From Parcubacteria group bacterium (GTDB taxonomy: Bacteria; Patescibacteriota; Minisyncoccia; Moranbacterales; UBA2206), in assembly GCA_041659505.1 (NCBI GenBank), contig JBAZYF010000002.1, forward strand, positions 51,966 through 115,965: DNA of 64,000 nucleotides, read 5' to 3'. Each line of letters opens with the position of its first letter. Position 1 is the first letter of the stretch. A program made the translations under genes and the position numbers. This document shows, piece by piece, positions 54,670 through 64,000 of the stretch. The notes under the pieces are model-generated. The model did not search any database and was not told the DNA's origin. It was given only the letters and a program-made list of their open reading frames with translations.

Positions 54670-56786
54670 TTATTTAAAGATTTTTGCATCAGTCAAAAGT
54701 GCCGAAGCATAAATAGAAAAGACATCAAAAAATTCCAAGTCTTGGTTGGAAAAATCTGGCTTACTCTTGAAACCCAAAAAGATAAATGCTTTTGGTTTGC
54801 TTTTCAAGTACAGTGGTAGCAACATGCAATATTTCAACTTTTTATTTGCGCTGAGTTTTCCCAGTGGCAGATCCTTACAATATCCACGCGCGCAAGATCG
54901 AGCTTGAGCTAAAACTTTCAAAAGTTCTCGGCTCTGCGCTGAGAGACTTCTGATTTCTGCCGGAGTATAATTTTTTGCATCCGTGGCAGATAGCAACCTG
55001 AGCGCGCGCCCATTAACATCTTCGTATTTAAACAATGCCCCAAACCCAGCTGAGGAAAAATTAACCAAAGGACTAAGCATCCGCTCCAGGATTATTTTTT
55101 TTCGGTTTTTATAGCGCACAATCAACTGACTAAGTTCAGAAAGAAAGGAGATTCTCCGATTTATCGTACCGGCGTGCTGGTAGGATTCCAGCAGTTGTTC
55201 TTCTTTCAATTTCCGATCTGTCACATCATTGCCGACTGACAAAATTCCTTCCAGCTTACCCTGCTTGTCATAGAGCGCGCAATTGCGCCAGACGAGCCAG
55301 ACCCGCTCGCCGGTTTTTTTAATATTTTCATTTTCATTTTTCGTATAGTGCCCGGGATTTTTGATGATATCTTTCATCATCAGCGCCAAGTCCCGTCCGG
55401 ATGATTCCGTCTTGGGAATGATAGTGCCTACGGAATTGCGTCCGATAATTTCTTCTTTGCGATAACCAAAAAATTTCTCTGCAAATTCATTAAAAAAGGT
55501 GATGTGACCCCGCGTATCCAATCGTAAGATGACACTATTGACATTCTCGACCAATTCCCGATATTTTCTTTCGCTACCAATCAATTTATCCGTCGCATTA
55601 AATTTTTCCGCTCCTTCTCCGACTAGCGGAGTCAATGATTCAATCCGCCCTATTAGCTCCTGCGAAAACGCATCTTTCTTGTCATCTGCGAGATGTATTG
55701 CTCCAATAATATCCTTTTTACCATAAATCGGAATAAAAGCGACTGAGCAGTAATCCCCCCCCGAAAACATTTGATGCAATATCTATTCTGCTCTTTTCTC
55801 TTGCGCCCTGAGATATAGCCCAAACAGTCACCGGTATAAAAAGATTTTCCCTCCGTCTTACTGGAAATAGCTTGGATGCAGACACATCTTTTTCCATCTG
55901 CACCAACCACTGGCAAGTTTTGATCAGAACTATGATTAGGATTGGCATAAGAATCATACGGCAAATAACCATTCTGATCAAAAATTTTTATGCAGATATG
56001 TCTGCTTCGGGTAAGTTTTTTTACATACTCTAAAACAGCGTCAAAGTAGCTTGATCTAGAATCGGCCCTATTTGATAATCGTAGCAGCTTATTAGTTGTT
56101 AAGAGGTATCTTCTCGCCCGATCGTGACTTTGGCGTAATCGCAGACTCGAAACTCCAAAGGCGAGATCATCCGCTAATTCTTTCAAAAGAGCCGTTTCTT
56201 TATTGCTAAACGCATCTTGATCCTGGGCATAGATTGTCAGCGCTCCGAAAACATCCCCACTAGCGCCTTTATCCTCGAGTGGCAGTGCAATCGAAGAGGC
56301 AAAACCCCTTTTTAGTGCTTCTTTCCTCCAAGGAGCAAGTGCCAAGTCATCCGAAAGATATTGACCGTACTGAATCTTTCGCTCACGAATGGCGCGTCCG
56401 GTCGGACCTTGTCCGCGCAATGTTTTTTCCGACCAGCTAATATTGGCTTTCTCCAAATAACCTTCTTCGAAGCCGGTCTGCGCCACAGGAAGAACGTTTT
56501 TTTCCAAATCTTGCTCGGCACTACCCACCCAAGCCATCCGGTAACCACCAATTTTCACGATGATCCGACAAATATCCTTGAGCAGTTTTTTTTCTTGTTG
56601 AGCATGCACCAGCGCAACATTGCAAGCACTGAGCATTGATATATCTCGATTATGTTTTGCGAGTTCCGCCGTGCGTTCACTTACCCGCTTTTCTAATTCC
56701 TCATTAAGTTTTTTCAAATTCCGCTCCGCTTCAATGTGTTTTGTTTTATTATCAGCAACAAACTTATTTTTTTGTTCTCTTTTCAT
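54670..56786 (-). pseudogene. GAF/PAS sensor gene split by a frameshift in a G8 tract
   Basis: Overlapping ORFs 55653-56786 (GAF) and 54670-55779 (GAF end, PAS, GAF); the frames join at C8, 55755-55762. Confidence 0.7.
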
Positions 56787-56856
56787 AGCGTTATTCCTAC
56801 CCCCCGCTAATTTATGCCTTCGAGATAACACAAGATCCGCTCAATGGTAAAAAAAA

Positions 56857-57801
56857 TCATTTCTGTCCAATGTTTTTTCTGGCTTTTAGGTACATCGGAA
56901 AAGCAACAAAACTTAAAAGCATCTGGAGAAAACGTCCCAGGATTGCTGCGATGATGATGAGTGAACTGGGCACGCCGAAATAACCGAAAAAAGTGACGTA
57001 GGCCCATTCCTTGAGACCGATGTTGTTGACCGTGATCGGAATGGATGAAACGATTGTGATCAGAAAAATGACCGACAGATAATTAAGCACTCCGATCTGC
57101 ACGCCCAAAGCCTTGAGTAGCACAAAGTTAGCCATGGCCATTCCAATCATCGCGAACAGCCCACCCCAAACGATTGAACGCCCCAGAATGCCATGATCAT
57201 GCGTGTAGCCTTGCAGTTCGCGAAAGAAATGCCGGATTTTTTCCGGCAGAAAGCGCGCGGATAATTTTTGTAAATATGCTAAATCTCTAATTTTAATAAT
57301 CAACACATCAACTGCCAAAAAACCGATGATCGCCAGATTGAAAAGCAAAAGAACTCGATTACCCAAAACAAATCGCCAATTCAACAAACTGAAAAACAAA
57401 GCTAGAATTGTAGCCGCAACCAGACCAGTCAACCGATCAATTACCACCGTTGACGCCGCCTCGGGATATTTTTTTTCAAGTCGCCCAATCTGATAGGCGC
57501 GATAAGTATCCCCGCCGATAAAAGACGGCATAAAATTATTCACAAACGTACCGGTCAGATAAAACTTAAAAAAGTCTCCGAAGGGAGCACGAATTTTTTT
57601 GTGATTAGCGAGAATTTTCCATTTGTACGACGAGATCATTATCCCCAAGAGTATCAACGCTAGATAGAGCGCGATCTGCCAGATTTGCACGCGCTGCAAG
57701 TTGACCCAGGCTTCTCGCCAGTCAACTTTAAGAATGACCCAGGTCAAAAGCCCCAGACTGACGGCAAGTTTCAAGATAAATTTAGCGAGTTTTTTTGTCA
57801 T
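56857..57801 (-). CDS. UPF0104 / lysylphosphatidylglycerol-synthase TM (flippase-like) protein
   Basis: FVNNFMPSFIGGD.YR, IDRLTG, PITVNNIGLKE. Confidence 0.88.
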   Translation of the reverse strand: MTKKLAKFILKLAVSLGLLTWVILKVDWREAWVNLQRVQIWQIALYLALILLGIMISSYKWKILANHKKIRAPFGDFFKFYLTGTFVNNFMPSFIGGDTYRAYQIGRLEKKYPEAASTVVIDRLTGLVAATILALFFSLLNWRFVLGNRVLLLFNLAIIGFLAVDVLIIKIRDLAYLQKLSARFLPEKIRHFFRELQGYTHDHGILGRSIVWGGLFAMIGMAMANFVLLKALGVQIGVLNYLSVIFLITIVSSIPITVNNIGLKEWAYVTFFGYFGVPSSLIIIAAILGRFLQMLLSFVAFPMYLKARKNIGQK

Positions 57802-57818
57802 TCTTTATTTCTCAAGTA

Positions 57819-57864
57819 GTCGGTTCAATTCTCCCGAATTGAACCTTTTATTTCTAATCAGCTA
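57819..57864. repeat. GTCGG-tagged REP copy
   Basis: Exact reverse complement of 25983-26028. Confidence 0.85.
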
Positions 57865-57883
57865 AATTAAACTGGATATTTTC

Positions 57884-59062
57884 TTATTTCTTATTTTTAC
57901 TAACTTGCTCATACACCGCAAAATACTGCTCCGCCACACTTTTCCAGCTCATTTTTTCAGCGATTTTACGGCTTTCCATCCCCATGCTTTTTGTCAGTTC
58001 TGGATTATTGATCAATTTCTCCAGTTTTTCCGCGATATCATTACCATCCTTAAATTTCACAATATAGCCATTCGCTCCCTCAACAATCAATTCATCCGCT
58101 CCACCGGTTGGCGTCATAATGATCGGCATTCCGCTCGCCATCGCTTCAAGCATATTATTACTCATCCCCTCATTGTCAGACGGCAGAACAAACACATCTG
58201 ATGCCTGATGGTGATGCACATATTCCGTATTAGGATCAACTAGTCCAGTAAAAGAAACTTTATCTTCAATACCGAAATCTTTAACTTGTTGTCTCAACTC
58301 TCCCTCAGCGTTGCCTTCTCCGCCGGCAATAGTGAGGCGCAGATTGGGATATTTTTTGTAAATCTTCGCAAAAGCATCAATAGCATAGTTAAAACCTTTT
58401 CTTCTAGAAAGCCGAGACGCGCAAAGAATAGTAAAATTCTCATGGGGCACGGGAGATTCTTCAGGCTTAAAAACATCCGTATACACCCCGTTATAAATAA
58501 CTCCAATTTCTTGGCGCTGATTGCTTTTAAGCGCAAGCTTTTTAATCACCAAGCTATTAGCAATTACCGCAGCGGCCATTTTCCAAATGAACACGATCGG
58601 CCACTTGAGGATAAAATAAATCCGCATAAATCGCTCGCTGTAATACGGAACATCTGAACCACGAAGCGATACGACATAGGGCAAGCCAAATTCAAATCTT
58701 AAAAGCATCGAAATAAACCCGCACGGCACGGTAAAAAACGAATGAGTCAAATCATAGGGGGTTTTTTCACGTTTCGCTTTTTTAATCAATTTTCTGGCAA
58801 AAAAGAAAGCTTTCCACGAATAAACGATTAATTGTTTTTGCGATTGATACATCGCATTTTCTTTATTTTTACCGATTGGCAAACGATGGACATGAATATT
58901 TTCGCTCAGGTTGTCTAAATGATATTCACTATCAAAGGAAGAAGTAATTAGATCGACTTCTAAATCAGAATATTTAACATATTCTTTCAATATGTTTTCG
59001 GTAGCATGAGCCGCTCCCCCGCCGAGTGGCGGATATTCATAGTTGAAAAATAATACTTTCAT
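57884..59062 (-). CDS. Glycosyltransferase family 4
   Basis: YEYPPLGGG, RKGF, EGMSNNMLEAMASG. Confidence 0.93.
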   Translation of the reverse strand: MKVLFFNYEYPPLGGGAAHATENILKEYVKYSDLEVDLITSSFDSEYHLDNLSENIHVHRLPIGKNKENAMYQSQKQLIVYSWKAFFFARKLIKKAKREKTPYDLTHSFFTVPCGFISMLLRFEFGLPYVVSLRGSDVPYYSERFMRIYFILKWPIVFIWKMAAAVIANSLVIKKLALKSNQRQEIGVIYNGVYTDVFKPEESPVPHENFTILCASRLSRRKGFNYAIDAFAKIYKKYPNLRLTIAGGEGNAEGELRQQVKDFGIEDKVSFTGLVDPNTEYVHHHQASDVFVLPSDNEGMSNNMLEAMASGMPIIMTPTGGADELIVEGANGYIVKFKDGNDIAEKLEKLINNPELTKSMGMESRKIAEKMSWKSVAEQYFAVYEQVSKNKK

Positions 59063-59071
59063 AAATTCAAA

Positions 59072-60406
59072 CTATAAAGAAGCACGGCCGATTGAATGAT
59101 AATCAAAGCCGAGTTCCTTCATCTTTTTTGGATCATAAAGTAACCGTCCATCAAAAACTACCGCCTGTTTCAAGCGCTTTTTAACCTCATCAAAATCAAC
59201 ACTGCGAAACTCTTTCCATTCGGTGATGATAAGCAATCCGTCAGTTCCGTCAAGTGCATCGTACTTACTTTCAAAATAAGTAATATTTTCATTGTCGCCA
59301 AAATATTGCGGAGTTTTTGCCATCTTCATCGCTTCGGGATCATGCGCCTGGATCTTCGCTCCGCGAGAAAGTAAATCATTAATAATAGTGATGGCCGCCG
59401 ATTCGCGCATATCATCCGTTCCCGCCTTGAAAGCCAGTCCCCAGACGGAAAATGTCTTGCCTTTCAAATCTTCGCCATTTTTTTTCACCACCATATCACT
59501 CAAGACATGTTTTTGTTTTTCATTAGTAGCTAGTGTTTGCTTGAACATCTCAGCTTCATAACCGCAATCTTTGGCAATTTTTACAATCGCTCTAACATCT
59601 TTGGGAAAACAGCTACCGCCGAAACCGACGGAAGCATAAATAAAAGCCTCGCCTATTCTAGGATCAGCGCCAATGGCTTTTCTAATATGATCAAAATCCG
59701 CTCCGACGCACGCGCAAATATTGGCCAAGTCATTGCTCAGTGAAACCTTAGCCGCCAAAAAACTATTCGCAGCGTATTTGACAGTTTCCGCCGTTTTCGG
59801 ATCCATGGCATAGAAACGGCTTTCTCGACGCATGAATGGCGCATAGAGTTCTCGCATTGTTTCAATTACAGCCGGATCATCTGCACCGATCACCACCCGA
59901 CTTGGTTCCATAAAATCTTCCACGGCGGTTCCTTGCGCCAAAAATTCTGGATTGCTTACCACGAAAAAAGGAATGTTGGATCCGCGCTTTTCCTGCTCTT
60001 CCGCAATCGTTTTTTTGACCAACTCGGCCGTACCGACTGGTACAGTCGATTTATCCACCACAATCAAAGGATGGTCGATAATCTGTCCCACTGAACGCGC
60101 CACATCCAACACATGACTAAGGTCTGCACTGCCATCTTCGTTGGGCGGAGTGCCGACAGCGATAAACAAGATATTGCTCGCTTTCAAGGCTTCTTCGAAA
60201 TTAGTCGTATAGCGCAAAGTTTTCGCTTTGAGATTTTTTTCCACCAATTCGTCTAGGCCATCTTCGTGGAGTGGCACTTTGCCCGCACTAAACTGATCAA
60301 TCTTCTTTTGATCTTTGTCAACACAAATAACTGTATTGCCCATCTCGGCAAAACACGCACCGGTAACTGAACCGACATAGCCTGTTCCAATAATTGCTAC
60401 TTTCAT
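59072..60406 (-). CDS. ugd: UDP-glucose 6-dehydrogenase
   Basis: GTGYVG, AVGTP, KSTVPVGT, SNPEFL, GFGGSCFPKD, GLAFK. Confidence 0.95.
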   Translation of the reverse strand: MKVAIIGTGYVGSVTGACFAEMGNTVICVDKDQKKIDQFSAGKVPLHEDGLDELVEKNLKAKTLRYTTNFEEALKASNILFIAVGTPPNEDGSADLSHVLDVARSVGQIIDHPLIVVDKSTVPVGTAELVKKTIAEEQEKRGSNIPFFVVSNPEFLAQGTAVEDFMEPSRVVIGADDPAVIETMRELYAPFMRRESRFYAMDPKTAETVKYAANSFLAAKVSLSNDLANICACVGADFDHIRKAIGADPRIGEAFIYASVGFGGSCFPKDVRAIVKIAKDCGYEAEMFKQTLATNEKQKHVLSDMVVKKNGEDLKGKTFSVWGLAFKAGTDDMRESAAITIINDLLSRGAKIQAHDPEAMKMAKTPQYFGDNENITYFESKYDALDGTDGLLIITEWKEFRSVDFDEVKKRLKQAVVFDGRLLYDPKKMKELGFDYHSIGRASL

Positions 60407-60428
60407 ATATTTTTTCTGAGATTAATTA

Positions 60429-61367
60429 TTAACTTTCAATAATTTCTTTGATCGAATAGTTCATATGTCCTTGACTTTTGTAATAATTCTTGATAAGAAT
60501 GTCAGCAAGAAGTCCAAAGATAAATAGCTGGATACCGATGAGCACCAAAAATATGCCCATGAGTGGCCAAATTTTGTCGGAGAGCGAAGTGTGAAAAAAT
60601 ATTTTCATTACCGCCATCCAGATCAAAATCAAAAATCCCGCAAATGACAAAACCATACCGCTCCCACCAAAAAGATGGAGTGGTCGGTTAGCATATTTAC
60701 GCCAAAACCAGATCGAAACCATATCCACAAAACCCTTGATTCCTCTTTTCCAGTTATAGAAAGTTACGCCGTGAATTCTGGGATGATGAGATACTTTCAC
60801 CTCTCCGACTCGATAGCCCTGCATTTCCAAAATAGCTGGAATAAACCTATGCATCTCGCCAAAAAGATCAATGTCTTTGAAACACTCTCTTTTGTAGGCT
60901 TTGAGACTGCAACCTGAATCATGAATCTTGTCCTGAATAAGCACTTTACGCAAAAGGTTAGCTCCCCTGGAAAAAAACTTTTTAGAAAAACTATCCTTGC
61001 GTTTATGGCGCCAGCCAGCCACAATATCATAACCTTTTTCCATTTCTTCCAAAAGCAAGTGAATATCCGCCGGGTCATTTTGCAAATCTCCATCTGTAGT
61101 AATTATGATCTCTCCCTTGGAATTTTTTATTCCAGCATCAAATCCGGCCGTCTGACCAAACCATTTTCGAAAATTAATCAATTTGAGTGGAGAGAGTCCT
61201 TTGCAATTTTCAAGCGTCTTGTCCGTTGATCCATCGTTGATAAAAATAATTTCATAACTTTTCCCCATTTTTTGACAGGCCTCGACAATCCGCCGGTGCA
61301 TTTCTTTTACATTATCCTCCTCATTGTTTAGCGGTACGATGATTGACAGTTCAATTTTTTCATCCAT
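60429..61367 (-). CDS. Glycosyltransferase family 2 (polyprenol-phosphate type)
   Basis: NDGSTD, DGDLQNDP, two C-terminal TM helices. Confidence 0.93.
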   Translation of the reverse strand: MDEKIELSIIVPLNNEEDNVKEMHRRIVEACQKMGKSYEIIFINDGSTDKTLENCKGLSPLKLINFRKWFGQTAGFDAGIKNSKGEIIITTDGDLQNDPADIHLLLEEMEKGYDIVAGWRHKRKDSFSKKFFSRGANLLRKVLIQDKIHDSGCSLKAYKRECFKDIDLFGEMHRFIPAILEMQGYRVGEVKVSHHPRIHGVTFYNWKRGIKGFVDMVSIWFWRKYANRPLHLFGGSGMVLSFAGFLILIWMAVMKIFFHTSLSDKIWPLMGIFLVLIGIQLFIFGLLADILIKNYYKSQGHMNYSIKEIIES

Positions 61368-61389
61368 AAATCGATGAGTTAATAGTTAA

Positions 61390-61731
61390 TTAATTCTTAT
61401 TGATTATAACACCATCCTTCTCTTCGTGCAATTCAAAAAAGGCCATCGTAGCCGTGAAAATCATCAAGTAATATGCCCAGATTGCGCTGGTTTCCGCCCA
61501 ATCCTCCTTTTTCGCTACAAGCAAAGCGGCGGTTGCAACGAGCAAAATGATCGCCCCACCGGCCGGAAAGCGACTAGAAATCGGGTGTAGAAGAAATAGT
61601 ACAAATAAAATGAAAAAAATCGCGTTGGCAATTTCCCATTGGAAATAAAATGCCATCCCGACGGTGAACAAAACCAGTACCGCTTCCAGAAAGATTTTGA
61701 GAGAAATTTTGGGAAAAATATTTTTTGACAT
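61390..61731 (-). CDS. Small 4-TM hypothetical membrane protein
   Basis: Hydrophobic 113-aa ORF within the operon. Confidence 0.7.
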   Translation of the reverse strand: MSKNIFPKISLKIFLEAVLVLFTVGMAFYFQWEIANAIFFILFVLFLLHPISSRFPAGGAIILLVATAALLVAKKEDWAETSAIWAYYLMIFTATMAFFELHEEKDGVIINKN

Positions 61732-61739
61732 AGTGATGA

Positions 61740-63392
61740 TTATTTTAATTTCAATTCAGCCGTTATTTTCAAATTCTTAAGCGCAAAAGACTTGCCCTTG
61801 CTCGTGTCGCTCGGATCATAGGTAATTTTGAAATAAACCGTGCGCGCCTCTTTTGTGGGAACAATATCCGCATCAAACACTTGTACTGATTCTTCCGTTA
61901 CAACTGGAACTGTATTATCAGCGACAGCTAAAGAATCTTGCGCTTCTGAAGTATCACTGCTGGAACCATCAACGCTTTCGCCGTTATCAGCTTCAATAGC
62001 AGTCGTCGCCAACTCAGAACCAGCCGAAAAGGGCAAATCGACCCAGTCATTTTGATCAAAAGAATAACTCACCTTGACCTTTTTCCAGCCGGCTTTCACT
62101 TGCGAAGCGGAAAAATTCAATTTACTGATCGGGTAAAGCATATTTACGGCGTAGCTAAAACTAGCATTATCTTTGGCGGGAGCATAAATAATTTTGTCGC
62201 TTTCGCTAAATTCCGTCCCGGCGGACGCCCCAGACAAATCGAACAAATCAACAAATTTCCCTTCGGTCGCATAAGAATACCGGCCGCTGCCCTTGCCCAA
62301 ATCTTCAATCTTGGCGCCATTGAAAATTTTCATTCCGCCTTCCTGCAACAACTGCGCGCCATAAATTTTGAAATATAAATCACCATCGATCGGGTACATC
62401 TCCTTTCCCTTTTTCACTACAGCGATTCCCGCAGAATATTTATCCTCCTTGCTTCCCTTGAGTTCCAAATAATTCTGTTTGCTGACATCGACTTTCGAAT
62501 TGTCCAGACTGATGAGATAATATTGGTTTTTTTCCAGCATCCCGAACAAGGGAAAAAGAAAAGTGCCGTCAGCTTGGCGATATTTCTCGATGCTACTAAA
62601 AGAAAAGGCCGTATCGACAATAACAGCCCCGTCATAGGAAACACTTTCACCGTCATAGTTCACTTTGCGCAAACTCAATGTGTATTGCCGGCTGCCCGAA
62701 TTGAGATTTTTGTTTATATCAATCTTAAGACTCACGGCGGAAATCACCGAGTCTTTCGCCTGAAAAACTTGCCCTAAAATTGTTTTGCTATCTTTCAGCC
62801 AAGGAAAAGCATAATCAGAATCCGTCTGGCTGGCGGTAACTGCCTCCAAATTCGTTTCGCCCACCAGCGTCTTTTTCATCGCTACCAATTCTGCCTGGCT
62901 GGTCGCATTGAGCTTGGTGATGCCGACGGCTTTGATGAAAATATTTCCCGCTGAATTGGGGTCCTTTTTTTGAAACAATAGACTGTCAAAGCCATCCGAC
63001 AAATAGAAAAATACTTCTTGCGGTTGGAATTTGTCAGAAGGAACGAGATTCAGCTCGGCAATCTGACTTTCCTTCTCGGTATAAGTATTTAGATCCATCA
63101 GCACCGGCATCGCTGAATCGCTTTTTTCCAAAAAAGTCACGCGATAATAGCCAGAGGGCTGATCTTTAAATATATCATCGACATAATAGTAACCGTTATC
63201 CTTTGTCAGTTGCGGTTTTTCCGCCACGGTGCTCAAACATTTCCCCGAAGCGCAAGCTTCAGTCGTTTTTTTATGATTAGCATAAAGCGCCTGATTAATC
63301 ACAAACACCAACCCCAAAAAAGCCACCACCAAAAAAATGCGCTTATTTATCTTAAGAATATTAATTAATTTTTTCCCAAAATTATTTTGCAT
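61740..63392 (-). CDS. Exported or membrane-anchored hypothetical beta-rich protein
   Basis: N-terminal TM/signal followed by a long polar region; start placed at MQNNF. Confidence 0.7.
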   Translation of the reverse strand: MQNNFGKKLINILKINKRIFLVVAFLGLVFVINQALYANHKKTTEACASGKCLSTVAEKPQLTKDNGYYYVDDIFKDQPSGYYRVTFLEKSDSAMPVLMDLNTYTEKESQIAELNLVPSDKFQPQEVFFYLSDGFDSLLFQKKDPNSAGNIFIKAVGITKLNATSQAELVAMKKTLVGETNLEAVTASQTDSDYAFPWLKDSKTILGQVFQAKDSVISAVSLKIDINKNLNSGSRQYTLSLRKVNYDGESVSYDGAVIVDTAFSFSSIEKYRQADGTFLFPLFGMLEKNQYYLISLDNSKVDVSKQNYLELKGSKEDKYSAGIAVVKKGKEMYPIDGDLYFKIYGAQLLQEGGMKIFNGAKIEDLGKGSGRYSYATEGKFVDLFDLSGASAGTEFSESDKIIYAPAKDNASFSYAVNMLYPISKLNFSASQVKAGWKKVKVSYSFDQNDWVDLPFSAGSELATTAIEADNGESVDGSSSDTSEAQDSLAVADNTVPVVTEESVQVFDADIVPTKEARTVYFKITYDPSDTSKGKSFALKNLKITAELKLK

Positions 63393-64000
63393 TTTCTTTT
63401 TTTTGAACAATATTACTATTATGCCTCTTTTCTTTCCAAAAAACAAGCGTCAGTAGCGAAAAAAAGATTGCCCCAAGCGAGATGATTCCGCCCAAGTATA
63501 GATAACTTTGCGGGCGATAATATAGGCTCAGTGCTGTACGACCATCATTATCCTTAGCGCAAGCATCAGCTATCTCGCGCGGGTAAATGAGGAATGCATT
63601 TAGCCCGGCATCAGTCATCTTGTGATTTTCCACCGGCAAGATCGCTTTTTTTCCCAGCAGCGCATACCAAGGAGTATTGCCACAAACTACCTGCCAATCC
63701 GGGTGATATTTTTCCGCAAAATTGACCCGGACCGGACCGTCAAAATTTTTGAGCCTAAAATCCCAGTGCGCCGAATTTTCCAGGGAATAGTCCACCGGCG
63801 CAAAAGTAATCTCGCGATGGATCGTCTCTGGCTCGTCTGTCAGATAAATCCGCGGACGCGCCGTCTCGTTTTCAAAAATCGTTTTTTCTCCAAGCCCCAA
63901 GTCCAGCTTTTTCCATTCAGGATTAGCGACAAGATTTTTCACCATATAAAAATTTGCTTGATCACTCACGAGATAGCGCACCGCGGACTGTGAAAGCAAG
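63382..64000 (-). CDS. C-terminal part of a membrane protein, possibly of the YfhO/AftD type (truncated by the window)
   Basis: 'F.EKYHPDW', 'NAF', 'YRPQ..LYLG' followed by a C-terminal TM. Confidence 0.55.
   Translation of the reverse strand, partial: LLSQSAVRYLVSDQANFYMVKNLVANPEWKKLDLGLGEKTIFENETARPRIYLTDEPETIHREITFAPVDYSLENSAHWDFRLKNFDGPVRVNFAEKYHPDWQVVCGNTPWYALLGKKAILPVENHKMTDAGLNAFLIYPREIADACAKDNDGRTALSLYYRPQSYLYLGGIISLGAIFFSLLTLVFWKEKRHNSNIVQKKENAK

Noticed and set aside
1-64000. CRISPR array, rRNA, intact transposase or prophage
   Set aside because: No regularly spaced direct repeats, rRNA signatures, transposase/integrase ORFs or phage structural cluster were seen

Overview
AT-rich bacterial chromosome segment. 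Gene content and style suggest Patescibacteria/CPR (Parcubacteria-like); this is an inference. It is mostly housekeeping: priA-def-fmt, obg, murI, ABC exporters, a tRNA Thr/Tyr/Thr-rpmG-Trp cluster, rpsB-tsf, rpmE, the infA-rpmJ-rpsM-rpsK-rpsD-rpoA-rplQ-rplM-rpsI operon, thrS-miaB-miaA, gatB, ftsEX, frameshifted prfB, an ftsA-like gene, and a glycosyltransferase/ugd envelope cluster. The most notable items are: (1) a T-box-like riboswitch upstream of thrS that combines an ultrashort stem I (Thr ACC specifier) with a transcription terminator, with an antisense zinc-finger gene between the terminator and thrS; (2) several families of tiny palindromic elements, including a 20-nt palindrome that inserts into other structured DNA and occurs as a frame-preserving 21-nt variant in miaB and miaA, a ~170-bp three-copy MITE, and a structured insert that duplicates and synonymously recodes the rpsI 3' end; (3) a pyrimidine-nucleotide cluster (divergent ThyA, DHFR-like, HD, two HIT proteins, nucleotidyltransferase, NTase-deaminase fusion, kinase); (4) a 780-aa protein with eight tandem ~68-aa MerR/wHTH-like repeats. 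All calls come from reading the sequence by eye; no searches were run.
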